From Octopus bimaculoides (lineage: Eukaryota), in assembly GCF_001194135.2 (NCBI RefSeq), contig NC_069003.1:10516990-10574265 (forward strand): DNA of 57,276 nt. The letters run 5' to 3'. The position numbers and the translations under genes are program-made. The notes under the pieces were generated by a model. The model was not told the origin of the DNA. It worked only from the letters and a program-made list of their open reading frames with translations, and did not search any database. How positions within the stretch are numbered: the first letter of the stretch is position 1; the number at the start of each line of letters is the position of its first letter. Positions 11,581 to 24,174 of the stretch are shown here, one piece after another.

Positions 11581-13090
11581 TATATGTGGCTGTGTGTGTG
11601 CATGTGTGTGTGTGTGTGTGTGTGCATGTGTGTGTGTGCATGTGTGTGTGTGTGTGTGTGTGTGTACACACACTCTTGTCTTGACATCATGTCATGGCAG
11701 TAAATGAGTACCATCATCATACAAGCAGTGTTGTTCATTTGAAGCATTCCATGAAAAATATGCCTGGCTCATGGGGGAAATATTACCTGGCTTGGAAACA
11801 GGTAAGGGCTGGCAACAGGAAAGGCTTCCAGCCAGAGAAAATCTACCTCAGTGAATCCCATTCAACCCATTGAAGCATATAAAAGTGGACATCATGATGA
11901 CGACGACGATGACGACGACAATAACGACTACCAGTACTATAAGCCTTTAGGTTAGTGCTCCACCAACTGAGTTTCTCTGGCCACATACAGCCTGATGAAC
12001 TAAAAGTGCAGACAAAAGATCTGGCTCCTAAAATACATTATAGATGACCTGATCATAAATTTTAATCCTATTGATTTTATTAGAGTTGTTGTGTCGTACG
12101 GTTGAATATTAGTTTGTATTTGTTCTCACAACTTACTTTACCAAGTGTTTCCGCAACACTGCTGCATCAAACGTTGACACTGAGCCAATATTGTAGTCAT
12201 GACTTACAACTTACAGACAGGGCATGTTATATTACAACAGTCTTATCGACAATCAGGTATGCATTGAAGCAAGAAAGTGCTTCTGTCTATGGCTCACTTC
12301 TCTTACAAAAGTCTGAGAGTCCCTCTGAATTTTTTAAGATGTTTCAAAACTGATACAACTGTAAAATTAAGAAGATAGAAATATAAGCACAACTAAATGA
12401 GATGCCAAAATATTACCATGTTTGATGGCATAGAAGAAACATTTTAAATATTAAAAAAATGTCTCAAAAAATCTTATGTCAAGTTATGCTTCCTATAAGC
12501 TAATTTTATCCCCATCACTCACAGCAATAGACTAATTTTAATCCAGACAGTCTCTTTTGCAGATATACAATTGTTTTCTACTATGGCTAAAACATTTTTG
12601 CAATGCTTCGTAACAAACTGCTTGAAATATTACAGGCTTTAAACCTTTAACATTCAGAACACTCCAACAAATATTATCTTTATTTATTCACTTTGCTTTG
12701 AATTAATCATGCATTATCTCATAGCTTTCAGATTTTGATGCGGTGTCTGTTCATCATTATAATGATAACGTAGGATAAGTGTGAAAAGCTGGATATGGCT
12801 GGTTTGAACGTAAAACAGACAGAACATTTATACCAGATATGACCAGTTTAAACACTAAAGGATTAATACACTAAAAATTTATCCTGAATATACACTGCTG
12901 AAATTAGAGTGCACCTAACACTCACCATTATAGGCTAATTTTAATCCAAACAGTCTCTTACATATATATACAGCAACGTTTTCTAGTGTAGCTAAAGAAT
13001 TTTTGTAATGTTTTGTAATGTACACCTAGACTGCTTTAAATATTACATGCTTCTTTTTCTCCTGAATATGCACCACTGAAATTGGTATCT

Positions 13091-13311
13091 TACAAGGGAG
13101 TGCTGAAAAGTTCCTGGCTTTAAGAGTATCATGAAAGGCCTGGTTGGAGGCCCAACCTTCTGAGTTCTTTTACAGGGCTTAGAAAAACTGAAGGACCGGT
13201 GCAATTAGTGTGTGGATCTGAGATGGGGATATGTTGAATAAAATCATAATTAACTGATCTTCCTGTATTTTCTTTTACCAAAAGCCAGAAACTTTTCATC
13301 ATCCCCTCATA
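13091..13311 (+). mobile_element. Mariner-like MITE (221 bp)
   Basis: TIRs TACAAGGGAGTGCTGAAAAGTTCCTGGCTTT / AAAGCCAGAAACTTTTCATCATCCCCTCATA with TA ends. Confidence 0.8.
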
Positions 13312-16300
13312 TATACACATGACTTTTATGACATCAAATAAGGTAATTAACACAAGCAGCAATAACTACAAGAGCTGCAGTGTGTCACATTTGAAGTGAA
13401 ACCATTACGAACAGGTAGCATACAAGCATCATTTCGATTGTGTTGTTTCCTTTGTGGCATTTCCAAAGGGCAACCATGGATTTGTTATTAAATTTTTAAC
13501 AGTTTCACGTTTCATCATCATCACCATCATTGTTTTAGCACCGATGTTTCCATGTCTGCATGGGTCGGATGAAGTTTATTGAGGTAGATTTTTTTTCTAT
13601 AGCCAGGTTCCCTTTTCTGCCACCAAATGTTACCTGTTTCCAAGCAAAGTAATATTTCCTCATGACCAGACATGCTTTCATAGAATATTCGAAATGACTG
13701 CCATTCATTTACAACAATCACACAATGTCAAAGCAAAAACATACACACACACACACAGATATATACATACATACATATATTTAATATATGTGTAGGCATG
13801 GTTGAGTGGAAGGGAACTTGATTCCCAACCACATGGTCCTGGGTTCATTCCCACTACATGAGATTTGGTAGACGGAAACTGAAAGAAGCCTGTTGTATAT
13901 ATATGTGTGCATATATTTATGTGTGTCTCTTTGTGTCTGTGTTTGTCCACCATCACCACTTGACAACCGGTGTTGGTGTGTTTACATCCCTGTAACTTAG
14001 TGGTTCAACAAAAGAGACTGGTAGAATAAGTACTAGGCTTAAAAAATAAGCTCTGAGGTCAATTTGTTCGACTAAAAACCCCACAAGGTAGTGCTCCAGC
14101 ATGGCCATAGTTATATGAGTAAAACGAATAAAAGAATATATATATTTTTTTTCAGGATTAAATAAAAAGATAACGAACGGAAAATATGACATACCTGTGT
14201 ATATATAATTAAAAGAAAAGGTAATAAATAAACATACGAATATATACTAAATACACAGACGAACAGAAAACACAGGTCACCAACTCCTCTTCAGTTGTCT
14301 ACCAGAAGGTCAAAGTGCAAATTCAGCCATTATCGATAATGTTGCTTCCACTCTGGACACACACACATATATATATATATGGTGTATTTCTTGTCGATTA
14401 TGTCCACCAAATCCAACCACAAGGCTTTGGTCAGCCTGGAACTATAGCAGAAGACACATGCCCAAGATACCATGCAGTGGAACTGAATCCGAAACCGTGT
14501 AGTTTGAAATCAAACTTCTTAGCCTCACATCCATGCCTATGCCATTTATAGTTTATTAAATATTCATCCAATTAATGCCTTTCTATCATGTTTGTCATTT
14601 CCTTCAACTTGGATGCACCTTCAAGGCTTACTCCATAACAAACATACGTCCATCCTTAGATAATCCATAGTTGGACAGCACATTCAAATGGCTGTGTGAA
14701 TGATCCAAGCACACAAACACTGTCACTTCAAATGCTATGAAATCTGTTGATTTTCAATACACTGTTGCTAACTTACATTATGATATTAAACTCACTCGTA
14801 CACGTATTTGTTCAATGTTCTTATCCTTACAGCCAGTCATTTATTTATTAAATACTTTGTACCACTCACACAATTACATTAGATTTCTTTTGTAAGGATA
14901 TATATATAATATATATATATATATAGCACCAGGGTTATTTACTTGTCCATGCTTATCAATATTTCAGTATTTATGTCTGTAAGAAGGAAAAAAACTAACA
15001 GAAAAGAATCAACAGAATCAGTGTTGCATCACTGATCTGTTTGAGTACCTGATCTGTGTACATGCATGCATGTGTTTGTGTGTGAATGTGTGGTTGACCT
15101 CTGTGGGTGTCTAATCTGTGTGTGCCTGATCCCTCTGTATCTGACTTATGTGTGTACTTGATCTGGTGTGAAACTGATCTTTGATTCTTATATAAATGCT
15201 ATGAAGAAGAACAACCTTTAGTGAGCATTTCTATGCAAAACTCACAACACAAAGGCATACAAGGAGAAGTGCCCACTTAAGGTTGCAGCTTATATTGCAA
15301 GCGTAAGGTCTGCAAAAATAACACAGAAGTAGATAATGGTCTCTTTCAGGATGGAGCAAACTACCAGCATGTACATCACTTTATTTAAGATTCTGGAGAC
15401 AGTTGCTAGAGCAAAGTTGTACTCTGACATGGAACCCATCACGAAAGACTCTAAAGTTCTTGTTGAGGAACTGGTAGACCAAATGGAACAAAAACACAAA
15501 AAACTGCTCAACATCCAACAAAGCAGTTTCTTATTTCTTTATTGCTCACAAGGGGCTAAGCATAGAGGGGACAAACAAGGACAGACGAAGGGATTAAGTT
15601 GACTACATCGACCCCAGTGCATAACTGGTACTTATTTAATCGACCCCGAAAGGATGAAAGGCAAAGTCGACCTCGGCCGAATTTGAACTCAGAACGTCAC
15701 GGCAGACAAAATACCACAAAGCATTTCACCCGGCGTGCTAATGTTTCTGCCAGCTCGTCGCAACAAAGCAATTTCTCTCTCAGCTGACACTGCAGTTTTG
15801 CAACTTGTTTATCATTGTGCCTTATGAATGCAGATGCGTAGCTTACTTCCCCAAGAGATAGGAAATAGCTGCGATTGCACATGCAGTTGACGAAAGAATA
15901 GATATTCCTGACATTGTACAGCACTGCATTTCCATTCATAACATCAATAATTGTTTATTTCATCTGTATCCTTTGAAAGAGTTAAGCAAAAAGAGAAGAT
16001 ATTTTGAAATATGTCGGGGAAACCATCGAAATGTTTAACAGTCCTCTGTTCAATGTATAATATCTCTGACTATTGATAGGACAGTGGTAGTAGTGGTGGT
16101 GGTGGTTTTCATGATGAGCAACAACTTGGAGTTTACTCCACTTTTCAAGAATCACCAGGAAACGTGATGATGTTATCAGCTATCACGGAATTACACAGCA
16201 GGAAAAAACGGCAGCTCTTCATTTTAACACGTTTGTGGTCAAAATGAAAGCTGTTGTTTCTAATCTGAATGATATCTGCCTGCACTTAACAGAATTGTTG

Positions 16301-16435
16301 AGAATTCCATTATATTCTTGCTCCAAATTTCCTTCCTGAAGATGGGGTAAACCACTTTAAAAACAGGAAGTGTGTATCATAGAACCAGAGGGCAGTCTCA
16401 CATAAGTTACAGAACACAGAGTGATGATGTTAGAC

Positions 16436-16732
16436 CAGGGGTTTTCAAACTGTGGTCCGCGGACCACAGGGGATCCGCAAGGACAAGACAGGGGGTCTGT
16501 GGACAGCAAATACTTTTTATGGGCAATTTGATTTTATATATGTTTTTTAATCGAAATCTTTTAATTGACAATAAACCTATTTGTTAAATACTGTTAAATA
16601 AATAAATGTAAAAATATATGTTATTTTAAGCAAATATTTATGTATAAATTTCATAAGTGTTTATAAAGGAGTCCCTAAGGTAAAGCCTGAAATATAAAGG
16701 GGTCCACAAGTCAAAAAGTTTGAAAACCCCTG
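16436..16732. mobile_element. hAT (Charlie-like) MITE
   Basis: Perfect 16-bp TIR CAGGGGTTTTCAAACT / AGTTTGAAAACCCCTG. Perfect 8-bp TSD TGTTAGAC at 16428-16435 and 16733-16740. Confidence 0.9.
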
Positions 16733-17622
16733 TGTTAGACAATATTTAACCCCTTTCTGACCAAATTCCATTTGAAATACATTGACTTCGTTTCAATTAA
16801 TTTTTGAAAATAATGAAGAATTTAGTAAAATTATTAAAGCTGATGTTTAGATGAAATGATTTTTTAAATTCAAATTATTTTAAAAGAGAAAATTTGTGTC
16901 ATTGAACCAAGGGTGGCCTCAGGTGGCATATAAAATGATGGCATATAAAATGCACGTTTTCTTCAAAAAATGTGTCCCCCGCCTCAAAAAGGAAAAGACC
17001 AACCCAGCCCTTATAAAACAAAGTCGGGTCAACTATAAGTTCATATTATATGCTTTAATGCACTAAAAACTTTTTTCCCTGAATATGTGCAACTGAAATT
17101 CGTGGAGGGGATGGTGCCTAACATGCCCATGTATCTTTTATGCCATCGAATAGGGTTAAATAACGTCTACTATTTTATTAAAACAAAAAGTTAGCTTTGG
17201 AGCACACATAATCAACCTACATGCATATGTGTGTGTATGGAGAGAGATAAAGAAACTAAATGTTCAAGAGGGAGGAGGAGAGAGTGGGAGAAAGGGGAGG
17301 AGTTAATTATGAAAGAGATATGTGCCTGTCATTTGTTAATTCCTCAGCTAAACAAAAGCATTGTAATATTTTAACTGTTATCGATGTAGTAGATTGTGAT
17401 GACATTAACAGGAGGACGCAAGACAAATATATGTGTGTATGCGTGTGTATTAATTACAGTGCATTATGCACCACAGTGCCTCAGACTACATCTCAGTATA
17501 CAACACACCATATTACATCACTGCATTGTACCACAGCATATGGACACAGAGGAATTACCAAATTAAATATATATATATATATATATATATATTTAATTTA
17601 GTATCATCATCATTATATATAT

Positions 17623-17659
<37 letters not shown>

Positions 17660-17714
17660 TAGACAGATAGACAGATAGATAGATAGATAGACAGATAGAT
17701 AGATAGAGATCGAT

Positions 17715-17755
<41 letters not shown>

Positions 17756-17770
17756 CAGACAGACAGACAG
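17623..17770. repeat. Compound (GACA)n/(GATA)n/(GA)n microsatellite
   Basis: Directly visible. Degenerate equivalents at about 38750-38995 and 39470-39600. Confidence 0.9.
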
Positions 17771-18893
17771 TTGAAAAATGAATAAAAATGGCTTTTCTGA
17801 TAATTTTTGACTTTAATAATTAGATGTTTATAAGATAATTAGGACCTTTTGTAAACACCTAACATCTAATTATTAAAGTGGAAAAATTATCAGCAAAGCT
17901 ATTTCTATTAATTCTTAAAAACTATATAATACTGTACCATGGACTTTCTATTTCTTATTCTACTATATATTTACATGAAGTTAAATAAATGTTTGGTCAT
18001 AGAGTGACCGACCAATGGTTTTGCATCCACAAAGCGCTTAACTTTATAGACAACTAGTCAGACTCCAATATTTAACTTTTAAAATGTGCTTCTTTTCCAG
18101 ACATATGGTTCACTGTGCCATGTTTTGCCTGTGCCATGTAAAAAGCACTCAGTCCACTCTGTTGAGTGGTTGGTGTTAGGAAGGGCACCCAACTGTAAAA
18201 ATCCTGCCAAAACAGTTACAGTAGTCTGGTGCAGGCATCTGCCTGGCTGGCTCTTGTCAAACTGCCAGCATAGAAGGCAGCCATTAAATGATGATGATGA
18301 TGATGATGATATATATATGTATATACATTCAGTTAGAGAATAGATATATATACATATATCTCTTCTAATATGCATACATGCACATATATATACCAGCTGT
18401 GTAGCTCCTCTACTCTTCTACATCAAGAAAAATCTCTGTTCTGTTCCGACCCCTTTTCTCATACTTTAACCCCCTCCTTTCCTTGCATAAAGCCATAAAG
18501 CCAATTCTCCCAGGCTTTACAGTTTTGCAAGCTGCATGGCAACTTCACAAGTGGTGATGCCATAATGAAAAAATAAAGAGACAAAAAACAAAAAAAACAC
18601 GCACCCTGTACATGCTGTTAAGAGGCTAACATCAGAAAGAACACGAAACCAAGCCAAAGCAGACATTGGAGCACAATGCAGTCACACGACTCATTTGATC
18701 TTGACAAACTGTCTAGCTCATCCTAGCACAAAATATGAGTCAGTCTCTCTCTCTCTCACTCACACAAATAAACACACACAAACATATATAAGCTATTATA
18801 TTACTACACACATCACACGGTATTCTTTTATGTGCTTCAGCTCAGAAGTCATGACCATGTTGAAGAACACATTTCTACACTACACCATATTAA

Positions 18894-19099
18894 CTCTTTC
18901 GTTGCTGTATTTATTTTGAGATGCTCTGAGTTTCTTTCAATTAATTTTAAATATAACAAAGAATTTAGTAACATAACTTAGTTTTCATTAAGCTAGTGTT
19001 CAGAACATAAATTGTGACTAAGGTTTGGTGGAAGATTTTAATTCAAAACTTATGAAAACAAGACATTTGTACTCAGAGCCAGGGTTGGTATCGAAAAGG
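18894..19099 (-). mobile_element. piggyBac-like MITE (TTAA-flanked)
   Basis: TTAA at 18890-18893 and 19100-19103. Reverse complement of the family at 24972-25565. Confidence 0.6.
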
Positions 19100-19960
19100 T
19101 TAAACTACAACATAGAGACATTAACATGTGTGTGTCACCCTTGGACTGTAGTAGAAGACACTTGCCCAAGGTGCCATACCGTGGGACTGAACTTGAAAGC
19201 ATGTGGTTGCAAGCAAGCTTCTTAACCAAACAGCCATGCCTCCACCTATATATGCTGATCTATAAAACAGCTCTTGTGCCTATTGAAGTCCCAACATTTT
19301 AGGACAATGAACTCCACAATAAAAAAATGGATAACCAATAAAAAGAATGTAGATCAAACAATATTTTTCAGCCCGTTACCTAAATACCACAATTCAAACT
19401 GCTAGAAATAGCAGTTCAATCCCCTCAAAACCATACATCACTATCTTTAAGGGAACAAAAAAAGACACATTGCCTAATAATATAGTCAACAGGCAGATTA
19501 AGTAAAAAAAAAAACCCAAAAAACCCCAGAAACAAAATGGGATGGTTAGAAGTGGAATGTCTTTAATCATAGGTCAGCCTCAATCAAGCAGGTCTGACCT
19601 GGTGTTAAACAACATTGACAATTGACAGCACACACAGACCTGACCTAGAATAGCAATACTCAATAACAATGACAAAAACGATTTAAGTATGGCCATAAAC
19701 ATCTTCACAATAGCTTTTGATGTGTTTGTAATTTATAGCAGAGATTTATGTATTACCTTGAGGGTGCTTGTACATTCATGTCACAGTTTGAAGTGAACAA
19801 ATGTCTTTCTTTGTGGATAGTAGGTGTCTCGGAATATGTAGATTGAATGCTCGGGTTTGGTGTCTATTGGTGATGTTATGATAAATGGATGAGTAAGATT
19901 ATTAACTTCAGATTTAAGAGCAGAGGAAGGATCATTGTTATATTTAGTCATTTTTGTATT

Positions 19961-20345
19961 TCGTTGCTATTATGTTAAACTGTCGTATGGCCAAATTTGG
20001 CCAAATGCGTTTTTTCCGATATTTAATTTTGCATGCAATAGCCAGTTCTTTTGGTCAAACTATGGTATCTTCTTCAGCTGTTTCTGATGAAAATTGTCAA
20101 AATGTAGTACAACGGTTTAGCATTTTTCAAAAGTGTAGTAAGTCCCACATACAACAGTTTTGCCAAAATATTTCTGACTGAAAATATCATACATGCATGG
20201 AATTATGATTTTATGCAAACAACAAATTATTATTGCTAAGCTGAAACTGTTGCTAATGTAAAAAGAAATGGAACGGTGAAACTATTTTTTCGTTTTCTGA
20301 AAAAGCAATGTTTTGGACTTACAACACTTTTGCATAATAGCAACG
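19961..20345. mobile_element. Possible TIR element of unknown superfamily
   Basis: TCGTTGCTATTATG at the left and CATAATAGCAACGA at the right. Internal inverted pair AAAAGTGTAGTAAGTCC / GGACTTACAACACTTTT. Confidence 0.35.
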
Positions 20346-21079
20346 ATTTATAAGTGTTTTTTGTATTTATATGGTCGTGTTGTTAAGAAGTTTGCTTTGT
20401 AATCCTGTGGTTTTGGGTTCAATCCTACCATGTCACACCTTTGGAATGTGTCTTCTACTATCATCTGAGTTTGACCTAAAGCCTTGCCAGTGAATTTCAT
20501 TGAAGGAAACAGAAAGAAGCCCAAGCCCTTGTCTAGACATCACTTGATGACTGTAAATGAGCATCACTGTCAAACAAGCAGTGTTGTTAGCTTCCAGTCT
20601 TCCATATGGGGAAAATATTACCTTGCAACAAGAAGGGAAATTGGCCATCCAAAATCCGCCTTGGCAAATCTTATCTTGGAAAAGTGTATGTTAAATGATG
20701 ATGATGATGACGATGATGGTGGTGGTGGTGGTGGTGGTGGTGGTGGTGGTAGTGGCAGAGGTGGTAGTGGCATTAGCGGTGCAGGTTGGCAACAGGAAGA
20801 GCATCTGGCCATAGAAAATTAATCTGTCTCAACAAATTTACTCTAACCTATGCAAACATGGTAAAGTGGTTGCCAAAATAATGATGACCATGATGATGAT
20901 GATCAACAATGCTGTCTATGTATCTATTCAACAAGTAAAAAAAAAAAAAGACCTTAATGATTTATTCCCTGTAAATGGCACCGAAAGGAAGAAAAACTCC
21001 TTAATTCAAAGGCTGTCTCCAGACCAGAGACCTACTCTGACTGCTTGTAACGGAGTGGGTTCCACTAAAGGCATCATAT

Positions 21080-21400
21080 CATCAAGTGGTGTTGGTGTTG
21101 GCAGCGATTGTGTTGGTGTTGGTTGTGGTGGTAGCTGTGATGTTGTTGCTGTTGTGGTGGTGGTGNNNNNNNNNNNNNNNNNNNNNNNNNNNNNNNNNNN
21201 NNNNNNNNNNNNNGGTGGTGAGAGCTGTGATGTCATCATTGGTAGTGGTGGTGGTGGTGGTGGTGGTGGTGGCTATAGTGTTGGTGTTGGCAGTGGTTGT
21301 GATGGTGATGATTGTGGTGGTGGTGTTTGTGGCTATGTCGGTGGTTGATATTGGTATTGATGGCTTTGATGTTGTTGGTGGTCATAATCGTGACAACAAC
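21080..21400. repeat. Degenerate (GGT/GTT)n trinucleotide tract with internal gap
   Basis: Directly visible. Similar GAT/GGT tracts at 8390-8480, 20695-20765 and 56280-56520. Confidence 0.85.
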
Positions 21401-22410
21401 TGTGGCGTTTCATAGAGATAGTAACAATGAGAGTAAGGAGGGAAAAAAACCCAGTCAATCTCTCAAAAATTCGCCCCAGTTTCTCAAGACTTAATTTCAA
21501 TTACAAGGCTAAATGAAGTTGATGGGTCTCAATGGTTCAATGACCTAACTGTCATACTGTTATACAACCTAGGTATACCTTGGGGAAATAACAATCCATG
21601 CTAAATTGACTTGCTCTAAATAAATAACATAAAGGTAAATTTGTGAGTTGTAGCCTGACAAGCCAAGCAAATCGATTCATACAAAGTGAAGCGTTATTCC
21701 ATGAACTCGGAGAAGTACATTTGTGTGAATTTACAATCGCTATAAAAAATAACGAAAGGCAGGTTTATGAGAGTATCTAATATAAAAACAGATTTTACTA
21801 ATTAATTTNNNNNNNNNNNNNNNNNNNNNNNNNNNNNNNNNNNNNNNNNNNNNNNNNNNNNNNNNNNNNNNNNNNNNNNNNNNNNNNNNNNNNNNNNNNN
21901 NNNNNNNNNNNNNNNNNNNNNNNNNNNNNNNNNNNNNNNNNNNNNNNNNNNNNNNNNNNNNNNNNNNNNNNNNNNNNNNNNNNNNNNNNNNNNNNNNNNN
22001 NNNNNNNNNNNNNNNNNNNNNNNNNNNNNNNNNNNNNNNNNNNNNNNNNNNNNNNNNNNNNNNNNNNNNNNNNNNNNNNNNNNNNNNNNNNNNNNNNNNN
22101 NNNNNNNNNNNNNNNNNNNNNNNNNNNNNNNNNNNNNNNNNNNNNNNNNNNNNNNNNNNNNNNNNNNNNNNNNNNNNNNNNNNNNNNNNNNNNNNNNNNN
22201 NNNNNNNNNNNNNNNNNNNNNNNNNNNNNNNNNNNNNNNNNNNNNNNNNNNNNNNNNNNNNNNNNNNNNNNNNNNNNNNNNNNNNNNNNNNNNNATATAG
22301 TCGATTCAAACATGAACAAGGAAGAAAAAACATGAAAAAACAACAACACAAAGACGTGGAATAAGTACATACAGTGTTATTGGATGCTCAGGAAAGGAAA
22401 GAAAAGAAAG

Positions 22411-22450
22411 AGGATTTAACATTTCAAGCGGAGCTCTTCGTCAGAAATAT
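22411..22450 (-). ncRNA. Minimal type I hammerhead ribozyme motif, slightly decayed
   Basis: Minus strand: AUAUUU-CUGACGA-A-GAGC ucc GCUU-GAAAU-GUU-AAAU. Stem I AUUU/AAAU. The two deviations (GCUU for GCUC, GAAAU for GAAAC) are both CpG-to-TpG type. Confidence 0.65.
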
Positions 22451-22816
22451 AGGAAAAGTCCAAAGAAGGGAAGACAGAGAAAGAAAATCACCAGCGATGC
22501 ACGCACGGTCACATATTGGAATGCTTTCATTTTATCATTTTGCTGGCATTTATTTGGTATTAATGATTTGAGGATGACTTATTTGACCAGACATTTTGTT
22601 TCTCTCACCCTCTCCCTTTCTCCCTCTATCTATTAATGTGTGAGAGCATCTAGTTATGTTTGAATGTATACTGTTTTCCCTCCCCCTCTCTCTCTCTCTT
22701 TAATTCTCTCTTGATGCTCCTTTATAACTAACCCTTGATGTCAAGGCACAAATCCACACAAATATATATATATATATATATATATATCTGTAAAAATATG
22801 TGACACTTATTCGGTA

Positions 22817-22887
22817 GCCATGATAAAACTCTGAGTTTCGGATGCCGGGGAGGAAACCCACACCGCCATCTCTTCAGTTATCCGGCC
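22817..22887 (-). ncRNA. Type I hammerhead ribozyme, left arm of fold-back element
   Basis: Minus strand: GGCCG-GAUAA-CUGAAGA-GAUGGCGG..CCGGCAUC-C-GAAACUC a GAGUU|UUAUC-A-UGGCU. Stem I GAUAA/UUAUC plus GGCCG/UGGCU; GUU cleavage triplet at 22829-22827. Confidence 0.8.
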
Positions 22888-22990
22888 ATTGAAAATTCCT
22901 GTGTAAAGGATACAAATAATGAATGACCATGAGATTGCACCTAGAAAGTTACCCTTCAAGGCACGGTCATTTTTCACAGGAATTTTCAAT

Positions 22991-23062
22991 GGCTGAATAA
23001 CTGAAGAGATGGCGGCGTGGGTTCCCACCCTGGCATCCGAAACTCGGAGTTTTATCATGGCT
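22991..23062 (+). ncRNA. Type I hammerhead ribozyme, right arm of fold-back element
   Basis: CTGAAGA 23001-23007; stem II GATG..CATC with inner GTGG/CCAC hairpin; GAAAC 23039-23043; near-palindromic stem III AAACTC-G-GAGTTT; GUU at 23049-23051; stem I 3' strand TTATC. Confidence 0.8.
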
Positions 23063-23394
23063 ACCGAATAAGTGTCACATATTTTTGCAGATAAATTCCT
23101 CTATTTACATAATATCGAGGTCTCTTTCTTTCTTTTGTTGTCCTTTCTATCAATATATATAAATAAACATATACAACAAGTTATTTCAGTTTCCACCCAC
23201 CAAACCCATTCAAAAGGCTTTGGACAACCCGGGGCAATAGTAGAAGACACTTGCCCAAGGTGCCACATAATGGGATTAAACAATTTATTTTCCTTCTATT
23301 ACCAAAGAAGCCAAACGCTAAAGACTATACAGAGTTTATAACTATAAATCTAATGAGTTACATGACTAATCTTCTACTGTGAAAAATCACCCAA

Positions 23395-23585
23395 CTGAGA
23401 ATTGCAGCAAGAATAAATGAAGAAATAAATCAACTACAAAGCAGTTTCAAACAGGAATGAGAACTTGCAAAGGAGTTTTAAACCTAAGAGTCATATGTGA
23501 AATGGGTGTAGACTAAAAATCAGAAGTTTTAATATAAGCTTTATAGACTATATCAAGGCATTTGACAGAGTAAAACACAAAATGA
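23395..23585 (+). mobile_element. Decayed RTE-like LINE reverse transcriptase fragment
   Basis: Frameshifted translation RIAARINEEINQLQSSF..GVLNLRVICE..SFIDYIKAFDRVKH, matching non-LTR RT domains 2-3 (FIDYxKAFD). Confidence 0.7.
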
Positions 23586-24174
23586 CGATCAATTTAGTCA
23601 ATACTCTTGTTATCTATTGTGTAATGGCAAACTGTCATTTGTGATTTGAGTTCTAATTGAAAATTTGCTTACTTTCATCAATAGGAAACCTTGGGTTCCA
23701 GAAAGTTAACAGATTCTAGTAAAAAAGGAACTGTTTATCTACCTACTCAACAGATATTAAATGATAATGATAATAATGATATATAAGACACACACGCACA
23801 AGTGAGTTTGTGTGTTCACATATGTGTAAGTGCACTTATAAAATAATTAGGTTTATGAGAAAATTCTGAAAAACTGGACTGTCAACCAGTTTATTTCAAA
23901 GTTTTCTTACTCTACTCTTTATTTAAAATAGTTTTATAGAGTCTTTTTTAGTCTACTATTTTTTTTTTCTCTTCCTCTGTTTTCTTCGGTTGTGTTACTC
24001 TTAACATTGGGAAAACTATTACGTGGGGGTGTACATTGTGTGTGTGTGTGTGTGTATTGTGTGTGGTGGGGTGGGACTGTGAGTGAGACGGCGCATGAGA
24101 GTATTTGTACAGCCAAAAAGGAAAGAGAAAACTATTACAGTTAAATACGGAGAGGAAATACATTCTTAACATTT

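Larger units (their letters stand above)
22785..23093. mobile_element. Fold-back element with 123-bp inverted arms, each carrying a hammerhead; 63-bp spacer
   Basis: 22785-22907 and 22971-23093 are near-perfect reverse complements. The spacer contains AATGAATGACCATGAGATTGCACCTAGAAAGTTACCC, matching the SINE end at about 26500-26535. Confidence 0.8.

Noticed and set aside
14270-14305. Minus-strand AGACAA-CTGAAGA-GGAG
   Set aside because: 5' half only; no stem II partner or GAAA.
15290-15514. LNKVMYML as a possible Nexin_C exon
   Set aside because: Spacing does not match the LNKxLxYxL pattern, and there is no LPD or WP context.
16330-16370. CTGAAGA-TGG..CCA hammerhead-like start
   Set aside because: No GAAA or NUH at the right spacing.
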